Source: Trichinella spiralis (Eukaryota). From it: a stretch of DNA of 64,000 nucleotides. Position numbers and translations under genes: made by a program. The notes under the pieces are model-generated. The model had not been told where the DNA came from. It was given only the letters and a program-made list of their open reading frames with translations, and made no database searches. How positions within the stretch are numbered: position 1 is the first letter of the stretch; each line of letters starts with the position of its first letter. The stretch covers positions 3,809,228 through 3,873,227 of the forward strand of contig NW_003526943.1 in assembly GCF_000181795.1 (NCBI RefSeq), read 5' to 3'. Positions 11,834 through 25,684 of this stretch are shown one piece after another.

Positions 11834-14697
11834 ATGGGGCGTTATACTGGAAAATCGTGTCGTTTGGCAGTCATGCTTATATTGACTTTCAGTTTTTTCT
11901 TGGTCGAAATCGTATTTGGATATGTCACAAATTCCACGGCACTTGTGGCCGACTCGTTTCACATGCTCTCTGACGTGTTAGCGTTATTCATTGCTTTTTT
12001 TTGTATGAAAGTAAGTTTTAGTTTTCAAATATAAATATGTAGATGCATTTATTTTATATTAATATTTATCTTTTCGTTTTTAACTGCTATAATTAGTATT
12101 TTATCATTGCCAGTTGTTTGCTTTTAATTTTATAGGTAAATTTGTTCATAACTATGAATATTTGCTTTGGGAATGACGCTAATCTGATAAAAAAATTTTT
12201 CATGCGCTTATTTGACTAGCATTGAAATATGCTTTAATCGAATTGAACATTAAGTTTCACTTTTCTTAAACATACATGAAAACATAGTGCTGCGCGTCAA
12301 ACAGTTCTACATTTTGTAAATATATAGACGTTGCTGTTGAAAATTTACTTTTTTAGTTTTCTAAAAAAAGCCCTTCGAATAAGAATACGTTTGGTTGGAT
12401 TCGAGCAGAAGTTTTAGGGGCTCTTATAAATTCAGTATTTCTTTTGGCACTATGCTTTTCCATTTTTATAGAAGCCATCAAACGACTTCTGGAGGTAATT
12501 TTTTCAACTCCAGAATTTACATTTTTATGTCTGTTGTCTGTTTAGCCAGAAGAAATTGAACATCCGCTGCAAATTTTAATTGTTGGTGTGCTTGGATTTT
12601 TGGTGAACATCATTGGAATATTTATGTTTCATGGTAAGTGATTTGAACGCCAAACGAAAATTTTATTTCCCTTGTTGATAATTATTTCTATGTATGAATT
12701 TATGTTAAACATATTTCGAAATTGAAAATTTCGTTTTCATAAAAGGCAGGACTTTTGTTAAATTTTGTATTTAACTGAAATGCAAGTTTGAACTTAATTT
12801 TCAATTAGTTGCAGATGTTTATGTAGGGAAATTTGATTTTTTTTAAAAAGTATGCATATATATGCTAACTGCTATATGTATAGATTTGACGTATTTTTTT
12901 AAACTTTGCAGTATTTGATTTTTTAGTTTTTGTATATTAAATAGTAATTTAATGTTGTTTTGTTTTGTATATATTAGATAAATTTGTAATTTCTCAATTT
13001 TGTTGCATATTGAAAATTAATGTTAAGAAAATTGTTTTAAAATATGTTAAATTTTTTGAAATTATTTTTCTTTTTGAAAAATTGTACCATATTTTTTGCA
13101 TTTAGGTCATGCATCTTTAAATGGCCATGGACATTCGCATGGTAGTCGATTTGCGGATAGAATAAATGAAGAATTTGAAGAATCGTATGAGCAGTTGAAT
13201 TCGATCTCAGAAGCACACAACATTTCATTTTTGTCTGATAGCAACGAGGCTAACAATTTCAAAAGACCCAACGGAAATAGTTCGGCTAAGTCGGAAAAAA
13301 ATTCGAAATTAATATCAAATGTTAATAGTAAGAATTTTAAAAATAATTTTTTCATTTTCAATACTTACATATTTTATATTTGAATGTTGAAAAACTGTGC
13401 TCATGAAGAAATTGTTTTAATTTATATCTTGTTTGTTTACTGAATTAATTGTTTAGTGGCTAGCTCAACACAGATGAACATGCATGGAGTTTTTTTGCAC
13501 ATACTTGGCGATGCGTTGGGTTCTGTAATTGTTATAGTGAATGCGATCATTTGTTGGCAAGTGAATAACACTTCATTGAGGAAATATTTGGACCCTAGTT
13601 TGAGGTAGCTAATCTTTTGTATATGTTATGTGTGAGCAGTTGTTTTAATTCTTAGATATATACTTTTAGCTTATTTCTTGCACTTATTATTACTGCGACC
13701 ACATTGCCTTTATGTGAGTATTTTGATGTTTTTTGTAATTTCAAAAATCACCGAGATAATTTTTTTAACTAAATTTTATTAACTTATTTTTTTTAACTAG
13801 TCATGAAATTAATTTCGAACAATTCCAACAGCAATAAATAAATTACTGCGTGTTTCTCTGATCGCGGTTTTGATTTTTCTACACATAGTGGACACTTTTG
13901 TATTAAAATTTCCATTAATTCTGACATGCTGATAATTAATTTATTAATTATGCAATGGATTGAATGACTTGTAGTTAAAGAATCAGCTTTGATTTTGCTG
14001 CAAACTGTGCCGACGCATATTAACGTTAAAGATATTCGATTGAAGCTGCTTAAATCAGTAAGCGAGTGAAAATGAAAATAAAATAGGTGGATATATTTTG
14101 ATTTTAATTTATAGATTGATGGTGTGATTGCCGTCCATGAATTGCACATTTGGCGGTTAGCTGGAAACAAGATCATTGCAACCGCGCATATACATTGTAA
14201 AAATTTGGAAGATTATATGAAAATTGCTGAACAAGTGAAAGAATTTTTTCACAAAGAAGGAATCCATTCTACCACTATACAGCCTGAATTTTTTGAGGTA
14301 TTTCAATATAGAATTTTTTGAGAATGAAATTGAGCATTATTTTTATTATTTTGTGTTTTGTAATTGAATTTTGCTGGACATCCATAAACACATCCCTATG
14401 TTCCTAATAGGCACACATTTATGCTTGGCAACTGTTGTTTGTTAATAGAATTTTATATTATGTTTTGCTTTATTATTTATTTGTGTTCTAGAGATAAATT
14501 GGAAAGTAATTGTATTATATACATTATTTTTTTAAATCAATTGGTATACTATCTAGGATACTGCGGCACGGAAGAGTACAGTAGTTTCTAATTCGTGCGC
14601 TTTGGAATGTCCAGGGCAGAAAGCCTGTGCACCAAGCACTTGCTGTGGTCCGAATGAAAATTCAAAATCAAGCTCAACTTCTTCAGAATCTCCTTAG
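11834..14697 (+). CDS. Cation diffusion facilitator zinc exporter, ZnT1/SLC30A1 (cdf-1-like), about 9 exons
   Basis: ALVADSFHMLSD, NTFGWIRAEVLGAL, His loop HGHSH, NMHGVFLHILGDALGS, VHELHIWRL, GIHSTTIQPEF, C-terminal CALECP..CC. Exons ~11834-12010, 12357-12494, 12546-12633, 13106-13327, 13457-13604, 13670-13713, 13975-14057, 14115-14297, 14557-14697. Confidence 0.93.
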
Positions 14698-17600
14698 CCG
14701 GGTTTCGAACTGTTTGAGTACATTTTAACTAATATTGTTTCTGTTTTCATCTCTCTGGATATTTGATTTATATATATATATTTTTTTGAAAGAAAAAACG
14801 CGCATATATGTAAAGCACTGCACAGCCGGTGAAACGTGCAAATCGATGACATTTTGCCTGCTTACTTATTTAAATTATTTGCTGTTTTTTGTCTATTCTT
14901 TTTATATTTAGCTTAATATGGAATGTTTATTCTTTTTTAAATGTTTTTTCTTCATCATTTTTAAGCAATGTTACTTGCCGAATGTTATGCAGTTTTGGCT
15001 GTTTGTTATTTTGATGTTATAATTATGCTTTTCTATTTGATCACAAATAATTATAAACGTTTACAGTGTAAAAGTTACAAGCAAGTCATGTTGTATCTTT
15101 TTGTTTAATTTTGTACGAAATTTGTTGTCTGATTAATTTGCAAGGACAGGAATGAATATTTTTGTTACTCCTAGGAATGAATGAATTATTATAATAATGA
15201 TATTATTATTATTAGTATTATGAATTTGATCGTTTGTCTGTTCGTTTTGTTTTGTTTCAACTGTTGAAAACTGACTTGCATTGTAGCATTGTCTAACTGC
15301 ATTTTACAATACTCAAAAAGTGATTTTAAAAAAAGAATATATATATATATATATTGATGAATTAAAGTCCAAGCACATGTGTGTGTGTGTTTCGTAGTTA
15401 TATATTATAAATTGCGCGATTGCAAGTTCGAATGTGCTACCAATTACCAATGGCAGCAGTAATATTGAAGTACTGAAGTTGTGAAGGGAAATTTCCTGTT
15501 GAAACAATAGTGCTTTTCAGAGCTAATGCTTCGATTGTTTGTTTAAAAAGCTGATCTGTTGATGTATGGAGTGGAAATGGAAAAGGCGGATGTGCTGTTT
15601 GTAAGTGGTCGATGGGCAAAAATTATCTTGGTCAAAATCCGCACCGAGATGCCTTTCTTCCCAACAACTTGTCCAAATTGTCTGGTGGAAATTAGCAGAG
15701 CGTGAAGTTTGTGTCGCTCGTTCCGGTAATGCGGTTCCTGTTGACGGGCGTGTCTACTTCCTTTTCTTTTTGTTCAACTTTTTCGTCTTGCAAAGCAAAG
15801 ATGGGCGGCTTTTGCAATTTCCATTTCCACTGCTACATTGTCATTTTCACTTTCTGCTTTATTTGGCTTTTTTTTATTTCCTTATTTGTTTATTTTTTTT
15901 TGGTTTAAAGATTTTTCATCAATTCTGTTAGTCATGAATTTGACGGTTTCAATAAATGAATCGACGTAATGCTTCAAATAATTGAAATAAACGCTGCATA
16001 TCCTCTCAAATCCTTACTGAACCCCCATCTCACTAGCAATTTTCGGATGATTGCACAATAATTGTTGAAATTATTTTTCAAATATTGATAATGAATTTTT
16101 GTTCCCTTTGAAAACTGTAACTATTAATAAATAATAACAATAATGTACGGTTACTATTATTATTATTATTATTATTGTTCAAGTTTTGCATGTGAAATAT
16201 TTTGAACAGACTGGAACAACCAAATTTGCTAATTATATATGGTCCGATAGTAGAATGCCACAAAATTATTGAAAAATAGATTATCTATCGGACATTTTAA
16301 TTACCGCAATTTAGTACAGATAAAATCATCGATTTAGGTTTAAAGCCAGAAGGAATAAATTTCACTTTTCCATGACTGTTGTCGTCTGAAAATAGTGCTA
16401 CTTCACATCCGACATTTTTCTACAAGGGTAAAAGGCAAGGCAATATTTTTTTGTTTATTTGTTTGTTTGATTTCTTGGCATTTTCGATGAAAATGCATAT
16501 TTTTATTTCTCTTCATTTTCCAATCAACATCATCTCCAGGTTTTTGAAAATTTTTCATACAAGTGCTCTGTCGTTGTGCAAGCTGTTGATGGCTGCTGCT
16601 TCGACTGGCCACCTCCCCTGTCCATTATCTACATCTTTACCGTAAACAATCATCAGACAAATATTTTATTTGCTCTTTGTTCAAAGGTTTTCTTTTTTAT
16701 TGTGAAATTTTTTATGTTTGTAGAAATGTATCTTTTATTTTTCATTTTACTTTTATAGTTTGAATTTAAGAGAAAAATTTATCCAAATTTCACAAATACT
16801 CCTCAAAAATATTGATATTTTAAACTTTTTGTTGATTTTTTTAAATATAATTTTTGTTTAATTGAATCAAAATATGAATATTGTATGATAATTTTAACCC
16901 ATCACTTGATGTAATTTAGAAGTCGAAGAATTTGCAAATGTTTAACTTTTGCATCTTATTCGTATTATTCAGTATTCAATAACAACAATAATATGAATAT
17001 GAATAGTTTCCAAAATTGTTGAGCAGCTGTGTTTGCTGTGACATTGCTGAACAGAATCGAATTTCAGGTCCAACTGCACCTCTCATGTGCGTGAAATGAA
17101 CCAGCTGACACGCATCATCTGCCTCTGAAATTCAACGCCCGCTTGCTTCTATGAGCAAATTTTCAGCCTAGCCGACCTCTTCTCCCAACTGCCCTTTGCA
17201 AACATCCCGTCCAAAAAGAGACTGTGCTGCCTGTCGTCTGCAGTTGAGAAAAAAAAGATATTATGCATAACGGTGTTGCTGTTGGTTTGCAATTTCCAAC
17301 TTGGCTTGAAGCAGTTGCGACAATTTTGCTGCTCACAAACGCGACCATCGTCAAAGCAGCGTTCGTTTCGTTTCCCCAGTCGATGGGTTCCACAAAATTC
17401 AATAATAATAATCATAATTATACTTGTAAATCTGTTGCATCTATTTTAATTTTATTTGCAGTCAATGATTTATCTTATTATATAAATATATATATTTTTT
17501 TTTGTTTGTTCCTTCAAGCGAAAGAGTCGAGTCAGTTGGTGCAACTGTTGACAAAAGCTGTGCCGAATTGGAATAATAATACAACCAACACGAACCCAAC

Positions 17601-18060
17601 GAACAATTCAGGTGCATTAAATTTATTACAATTATAATTTGCATGGAATAATAGAATAATAAATAACATTTGAACACGTTTGAAAAATGCACGACATACT
17701 TTTGGTTGTTGCATTGAAGAAACAATGTTCCTATTCTTTTAACAATAAGATCGACTAGTTTGGAAAATTATTATTAATTCGCAAATGCTTTCTTTGTTAA
17801 GCATTTGATGAATCTGTATTATTATTTTCAATTTGAAATAGACGAGCAGTTTAATTGAAAATATTTTTTTCTGATTAAGAAATAATTTTTCCAAAATGTT
17901 CCGTTGTTAACTGAATTCTTTTCACTAATGTAAAAGTATCCTACAGACGTACTGATTTTTAATCGGCAAATTGCATAATGAAAAGTTTATTGAAAATATT
18001 ATTTTCTAAATCATAAAAGTCATTTCAGAAAATAAGAAAAATTTTGATTATGTACTAAAG

Positions 18061-18827
18061 ATGCAAATCAACGAGACGGAAGATAATGTTACTGAAGGTA
18101 AACTCATCCAAAGATTGATTTGATTGCATGTCACTTCCTAATTGTCTGTTGATAGAGGCTGCAACGAATTGTGGCTATTTTTTTCATTTATATTAAAATG
18201 CATTCAAAAATAAAAAACAAATTCAAATTTTTTTATTTAGGTGTAGAGCCAGTGGAAATTGATACGAACGTTTTGATTTGGCATCAGCGGTTGAATCCGA
18301 GTGCAGTACGAGTGCGATGGTATTTTTCGGCTAGATTCACTCGCAAGCACAACATAACGGGTTCGTTGGTGTTGTACACGTCGGATGCCAGTTTGGAAGA
18401 TCACAAGTGGAAGAAAATAATTGTCATCGAACCCAGACATCATTTGACCATTGGCGATTTGGATGCGAACAAGAAGTATTACGTTAAAGTTTTTCCCAGA
18501 ACTTCTGAGACGACAATTCTGCTAAACATTTTGCCTCTGATTGTACTACCGTATTCTTTCAATTCAATACATTCTGCTCATTTCAATCAATCAACTGAAG
18601 CTGCGTTTGAAACTGATCGAAAAACTGGCGTCGTACGTGAAATTTCTTCTTTTTTTTAAAAAAAGTTATTAAAATTTATAATTTCAATCCAATTTCAGCA
18701 AGAACATTTCTGCTTGAAAATATGCAACTTGACCGCCGTGTCTAATCAATGCCTTGCGGATGAAAAATGTATTCTCTTGTCAAATGATCAGTACAGTTTA
18801 CCGGTTTGTTTGCCAGTCAAGTCTTGA
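18061..18827 (+). CDS. Small fibronectin type III domain protein with Cys-rich C-terminus (3 exons seen)
   Basis: Exons 18061-18097, 18241-~18633 and 18699-18827 splice in frame. FN3-like pattern AVRVRW..LYTSD..KW..LTIGDLDANKKYYVKV, then FCLKICN..QC..EKC..VC. Upstream exons may be missing. Confidence 0.65.
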
Positions 18828-19553
18828 ATAATCTGAAGCAGAAGTCTCGCCATTGATGCTTTTTTAAAAGTTTACGTTGTGCAAACAAGTCAATCAAAAA
18901 AAACATCTCGTAAATATTTGTACCATCTTTTCGATGGACGAATAAGTAAACATTTCTTTGAACAGTTTAACAGTTATTCTCATTAAATCCCACTGATAAC
19001 AATTTTCAATTAAAAACTGCATCACTTTTGATCAAAATATGCATCTCTATATATACATAGTTATTAAATGATTAGTATTAAAATCTTTTAATTATTATTT
19101 AAAGAAATATATGTATTACATTTAACAAATGAAATATTTTATATCTGCTCTTTTAAATGCTTTTAGAATTAATATTTAATAACAATAATATTGAACGTGA
19201 AATACAGTTACTGTAATATCGTATACTAACCGTAATTGTGTTCATATTCAAACAGTCAAACAAAGACGCATTGAACGTCGATAAGCAGCAGTGCATTTTT
19301 ATGTGATATAAATGTGAAATAAATATAATAACTGCATGATGTTTGCATGCATGCGTGATTTTTTATATTCAGTTAAATTGCGCATTTATTTAAACAAAAG
19401 TTTTTAGACATATTGATTGAATAGGGTGGTTTAACGCATCTGTGCAAATATATTTTTCTTTAAATATTTTAAAATTGTGTTAATGAAGCGGACATCGACT
19501 GTATGGAATTTAAATTTTTTTTAAACATAAACGCTTTCAGTGAGTTGATAAAA

Positions 19554-21548
19554 ATGACAGTGCGACATCGTCCAATTAAGCAATGGGGTCGTTTCAACAC
19601 AAAAATATTTAAAAAGTTGTTTGACAAGAAAATGAAAACCAAGGTTGAACCGTTTGTCATTCCTGCATCTTTGGAGGTGAATATAATTTTCTTATTTTTC
19701 TATTTTTTTCACGTCAACTTCTTTTATTAAGGCAATGAATATTAAAGTTGAAGATCCAAATGATCCCAATTTTGGATTGAAATTAAACGAAACAAACAAG
19801 CTGCCGATGTCTGAAACGTTAATTCCACAAGGAACTCGATGCTTTTTATTTGACGGATCCGAATCGCTTGCAGAAGGTGCTTGTGAATTGGAAATTTGTT
19901 TTCTGATTTTTTTCTTTTTAATTTAGGAATTTTGCAAGCTTTGCATATAACGAATGCCGTTGGTAGGAAAGGTTTACCAAGTTCTACGATGAATCTGCTT
20001 GATTTTGAATCGACCGTTTCACTGGAAGAACGAATTCGAAAAGCTGCGATGCAGGCTAACATATGGGATGCGACGTTAGTGAGCCTTCCGGAACGTAGAG
20101 ATCCTGCTCTTTGGTGGATAAGTTGGCCAAGATATCACGGCATTCCCGTTTTAAAAAAGAGGTAATTTTTTCAAGAAGTCAAGCATTACGATTGTTTTAA
20201 TTCTATTGTGTAATTGTTAGATTCAATATTTTTTGCTGGCATTTCAATACAGCAAATTTAGTTCATTATTGAATGTTAAGTTTTCGATTTTAAAGTGAAA
20301 ATACCAAGAGGTTATGTTCACTAGTGAAGTTTGGCAAAAACATTTTAATTAACCGTGAAAATTGAATTTATGATTTTGTTCAGGCGTCGATGTGTGAATT
20401 GTTAAAAAATTTTCATATTTATAATAATTCAGTGCTGTTTTGGTGGACTTTTTCTTTCGCTGTGCTTTAACGTTGGCCGCCAATCATCCAGAAGTGAAGG
20501 ATTTGCGCTACACTCGTGATGCATTGATAAAAGCTTTCATTGCAAAAGGTGGTAACTAACGAGAACGCGTTGTGACATTATTTGTGTATATTTTTTTTCT
20601 CGTTGTAGGCGAAACACTTCTTTGCTTTAAGCAGCAACCGATGATGACTGTCACCGGTCCTCGACCGTTGGAACCCGTGCTTTCCAAGGAGGCCGTGCTG
20701 AAAACAATTGAGGAACCTCTCGTCAGCATTCACCCTGTCGGAGAATTGATCGACTTTACAGAAGAAAATATTTCTGAAATAGAAAACATCTGGCGTATTT
20801 TTTGTTTAAAATATTATAATTTTATTTTTATCTGTTTCAATTGTGGAAGTTGGAATTGTTTCAGCTGGTATTGCGCCGTCTTCTTTTCCATCAATTCATA
20901 CTATTCTGACGGTGAAAGACAAAGATTACCGATATCCGTGGACAGCGAAAGAGATGACCGGCAATGCGATATTGAGCTGCTTTACGGCGGCGTTAATTTC
21001 CGCCATCAGACAGTATGGAGTAAGTGAGATTAAAATTGTTGTTTCATTCATCCGAAGATACTGGCCAAAATCTACATCAGTTGTAAGCAGAATATGAAAA
21101 GTGTTGTACTTTTTTGTAAAAAAAATTTTATTTAACTTGAGCTTGAAATTGTAGTTACTATAGCCAAAAAGTATTGTTTTTTTCAATTTTCTGTACTCTA
21201 CATTGATGTTTGAATGAAATTTCAGGATTACTGTGGCGTTTTGGAACGTCCCATAGTGTCGCAGTGTATTCAGTGTTGTGAAAATAAATTCGACTTTATC
21301 ACATTTCAACTGAATACTACAGACCTGGCGAAAAGTGACGGTGTGAAAAATGTCGTCTGGTATGACGGTGGTAGGTGGTCATTGGTTGATTGTTCGTAAT
21401 TTAATTAATTTCAAAATTGCCCCGTTTTCAAGATAATCAACTGTTCAAATCGCTGCCTTATTGGGATGAATTTGTGGAAGTGGAAGAAGCGAATGCTAAT
21501 GTTCTTCGAAAATTTCTGGCCATGGTATTCAACTGTTGCAAATGTTGA
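19554..21548 (+). CDS. MRPL37: Mitochondrial ribosomal protein mL37, multi-exon
   Basis: Basic N-terminal presequence; WDATLVSLPERRDP..WPRYHGIP; C-terminal GVLERPIVSQCIQCCENKFDFITFQLNTTDL..GVKNVVW typical of mL37. Confidence 0.85.
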
Positions 21549-21966
21549 TCGTTGTTGAATGGAAGATCCAATGGTGAAAAGTCTTTCTTTTTTGTTTGTT
21601 AAAAACTGAGAAATAAATAAACATACGACAATTGAAATTGTGAAATATATGCCAAAATAAAAAAGAATACAGAAAGAAGTTCAACAAATCATACTGAATT
21701 TGATGAACTGGAAATGATAAAGCGTTTCTGTAAGGAACAGTGTTGCTTTGCTTGTTCGAGATAAGAAATTGACGTTAAAATTGCTGAACAAACTGTCAGC
21801 AGAAGTTAATCAGGAGATGTTTTTTGTTTATTTTATTCCAGTATAAAAGCAGGCATGTTCTGTCAATTTGCTGGGCAGTAAAATTAGGAAAAAGAAAGTA
21901 TTCCAGGAAAAGAGAGATAATTTTAAAAAATACCGGTGAAATAAAATAAAAATAATAAATTGAACA

Positions 21967-23375
21967 ATGGACAGTCCACTTTGTGAAACCGAGCTCAGAG
22001 GAGAAGATGTTTGGCTGGCGTTGGCGAAATATTTTGCTTTGGATCCAAAGCTCAATCTTCTCGACAGTGTCTCAGCCGTGAGAATTGGAGTTGGCCAAGG
22101 CTACATGTGCAGCGTTATGCAAATCAAATTGAACTGGAAGCCCATTTCCATACAGTAAATATTTTCCAGTGAATTCAGAATTAATTCTATTTTTGTCCTT
22201 TCTGTTCAGATACTGTCAGCATTTACCTCAGTCAGTTATAGCCAAAGTGCCGCTTTCAAGTCAAATGAAGGAAACTTTTGAATCGCTTGGTTTCAATGAT
22301 AGCATTCTTGAAGAAATGGACTACCATTCGACTATGCAATTCATGCACAATGCTGAATGCTCGTTCTATTTGTTGTCGTTGAAAGAAAAATTGAATTTTC
22401 CAGCAGCAAAGTGTTACGCAGCATGGAATACAGGTGTGTAGATTTTGTTTATTTTTCAAATGAAAAAGCAATTATGGTTTATATTGTTTCAATGCTTCAG
22501 ATGAAACAAGAGTGAATGTGATTTTATTGGAAGATTTGAATGATGTTGCTGCGACAAAGGGACTTTTTCCTGGACTTGGAGTCGAGGAACTGAAAGAAGT
22601 AGTCGAAAAGATAGCTTTGCTGCAGGCTTGGTCTTTGAATACAGATGTAGAATGGCAGAAGGTGGTTATGAATGGGGAAGTGCTTTACGAAAGATTTTTC
22701 AAATTTATAGATCATTCTATAAATTCTTTGGACGACTATTTGGCAAAATATTCGGATAAGTTGGCGTCGTTTGATTTGAATAAAGCCAACTCAGTACTCA
22801 AGAAGCAGCAGAAGGACATAATCGAGGTGAGGTGATTTGAATTGAAATTCTTAATCAGAACTTTTAATATATCAAATTGAATTGCAATTGTTCGCTTTCA
22901 GTTTTTCACTGAACATCGAAAGCTTATACCTGATGTGATCGTTCATGGTGACCTTTGGTCAAACAACATGATGTTCAAGCTTGATGGTGAAGGGGGTAAA
23001 ATTTCGAATAAACTGGCAGCAATTATAGACTGGCAAATAGTACACGGTGGTTCGTTTGTTGAAGACGTGGCACATTTATTCGTTTTCAGCGTGAACACGG
23101 AAGTTCGACGTGCTCATCAAGAAGCTGTATTTCGTCACTACTACGACACGTTGATGAAGCACTTGCATAAGCCGTTGACAGACGCCACTTTTGAAGCTTG
23201 CTATGATATGTTCCGCAAGACTTTGGCATTCAAGCAATTGTCCTTTGCCGGCATGACGGATCGTTTTGTTGATGTCATTTCCAAGGGGGATGAAAAGTTG
23301 GCTCAAGAAATGGTCAACCGGATATTCGAAAGTTGCGTTGATGGGTTGATTTTTCTTGGTTGTGAGAAAAATTAA
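21967..23375 (+). CDS. CHK kinase-like / ecdysteroid kinase-like (EcKL, DUF1679-type) protein, 4 exons
   Basis: IGVGQGYMCS, HNAECSFY, ILLEDL, HGDLWSNNMMF and AIIDWQ motifs; in-frame GT-AG introns near 22155-22210, 22434-22500, 22827-22901. Confidence 0.88.
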
Positions 23376-24049
23376 TTTCAAGAAAAAATGCCAAAAAGTA
23401 GGGTTGATTGAAGGGAAAAAATTTTGCTTAACTTGCAAAAAAACAAGCAATCTTTTATGAAAATATAACTTGAATGATGATTTTTTTGAAATGAAAAGGA
23501 ATTCAATTTTTGAAATGCAAATTTTACAATAATATTGGTGAATGAAATGAAATGAATGGCAATTGGTGAATATTTTATGTTTTCTTTCCGCATGTTTTTG
23601 CTGTTTCAAATATTCCAAAGTCAAGCAAAGTACATATATTCAATCATTTCAAAGCGTTTGAAAGCATTCTTGCAACATATTTGAACAGCTAGATGATAAG
23701 GTGTCTCTGTTGTTTCTATGCAAAATAAATCATATCACATTGGACTTTTAAATATGAAATAATGTTTTCTTCTAAATATATGCTGATAAAGGAGGTCTTT
23801 TTACTCATACATTTGAATGATCGATTGAACATCAATTTTTGGAATTTCTCAATCAAACAATTGATGATTTGTGAAAGCAACTCTGCTTTTTTGCTACCTA
23901 AATACCTACAGCTGTTGGAAACGTTGATTTCGTCAATAACTAAAATTTTGACACTAAACAATTTGTTGCGTTTTGTCTGTTGAATTTTTGCAGAGTGAGG
24001 GGGGGTTTTATCTTTTCCTTTCTGCTTCTTCACCACCATCATCATCGTA

Positions 24050-24080
24050 TTATTGTTATTGTTGTTATTATTATTGTTAT
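24050..24080. repeat. Imperfect (TTA/TTG)n microsatellite
   Basis: tattgttattgttgttattattattgttat; a similar (TTA)n tract occurs at ~16155-16176. Confidence 0.7.
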
Positions 24081-24156
24081 TCTTTATCATTTTTTAATAA
24101 CTTGCTTATATTCAACAAAGCTGCCAAACTTTTTCATTGCTACCAACTTTTTTATA

Positions 24157-25684
24157 ATGGATTTTACAAGCATGAGAGGACGAAATTGCATAAGCTGCAC
24201 AGTATGGCTCAGAAATAGTTTGGCATTTTTCAGCGTCATCTGCAACACAATGTCCAAATTTCACCTGCTTTCATTTGTACTGTTGATCGTTTACACTCTT
24301 ATTGGCGGTGCAGTGTTCTACGCATTCGAAAGTGACCAGCAAGAACAGCAGCATTCCAATATTACCGTGGCAAATTTAAATGAAAAAAATGAACAAGCTA
24401 GACGAATGTTGGATCATTTGAGAAAAGTTTTCGCGTTGAAGATGTGGAAGGTTGGTCGTCACGCCGGAGCTATGTCGACCAAGTTCGCGCGGTCCAGAGC
24501 CATCTGGAAATGGTATGAACAAAATGTGGACAATGTTACAGAATTCTGCCAATCAACAAATCAACAACCCAACAAAACAGCCGTTGATTGGTCGTTTTGG
24601 TCATCCGTCTATTATGCTGTCACTGTGTACACCACTATTGGTAAAATGTGATAAAAAATATGAATTTGCAAGTATTTCATTCGTAAAGATACAGATTCTT
24701 CTATTTAATTTGTATTGCATTTACATTTACGATTAATACTGTTTTGGTTCAATCGATCCATCGAAAAAACAACTGATCTAGATTTTTATAAATATTGTTT
24801 TATGCATATCTATTGATTTAGGTTATGGAGATATGACTCCATCGACAACATATGGCAAAATATCGACAATGATTTATGCCCTTTGCGGTATACCTTTGAT
24901 ATGTTATATATTGCAAGATTGGGGTTTGCAGCTTCTACTTTCTGCGAGATATCTCATTAAACTGTATGATAAAATGATTGACAGACTGTTTTCAAAATGG
25001 AAGAAAAAAAATATGTTGAATATAGGTTGGCTAGAATTTGGCGATTTGCCTATTTCTGTTGCATTACTCATGGTAATCTTTCTGTTGTGCATCTCTGCGT
25101 CGATGTTTCTCATTTGGGAAGATGAGTTGACTTATTTTGAAAGTTTTTATTTTTTCTTCATCAGTTTCACTACAATTGGATTTGGTAATATATTCAAAAG
25201 TGCAATTAAAATTTATTATATTATTTGATAAATTTTCTTTTCAGGTGATATTGTGCCCAAATACCGCATTAGCATGGCCATGTGCATTGTTCCAGTTTTG
25301 ATGGGTTTAGCTACTGTTTCAATGACGATAAATCTTGTGCAGAGTAAAATAGAGCGATTATTTGAAAATATGAAAAAAAATATAGAATTAGAATATCAAA
25401 AGAAGCAAACTGATCCCAACAAAAGTTTAATGAGTGTAGACTCGGATGAAGATGTCATGACGCGTCTGAAACATATTGGGGATGGAATGTCCTTCGAAAG
25501 TCGATTTCTCTTTAGAATGCTTAACAGAAGTCAGAGAAGACTGTTGGAAGAGTGTTGGAATCGTCGCGTTAAAACAGCTAATGCTGCCAGTCAAACTATA
25601 CTGTTAAATGCAGAAGAGGAGTCTCAAACGTCCATAGCGATGCAATTTCCAAGAAGAAATACCTACGTGTACAATGCAGAATAA
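24157..25684 (+). CDS. Two-pore domain potassium channel (TWK/K2P family), 3 exons
   Basis: YTLIGGAVFYAFE; first pore WSFWSSVYYAVTVYTTIG|YGD; YALCGIPL; second pore FFFISFTTIGFG|D. Confidence 0.92.

Noticed and set aside
15570..15831. 14-bp inverted repeat AGTGGAAATGGAAA / TTTCCATTTCCACT
   Set aside because: Low-complexity, no extended pairing and no TSD.
15437..17725. Many short ORFs on both strands
   Set aside because: No consistent exon chain or protein motif could be built; treated as non-coding or regulatory, although an unrecognised gene is not excluded.
23076..24090. 182-aa and 124-aa minus-strand ORFs (poly-Asn)
   Set aside because: Antisense to the EcKL exon or produced by a microsatellite and AT-rich DNA.
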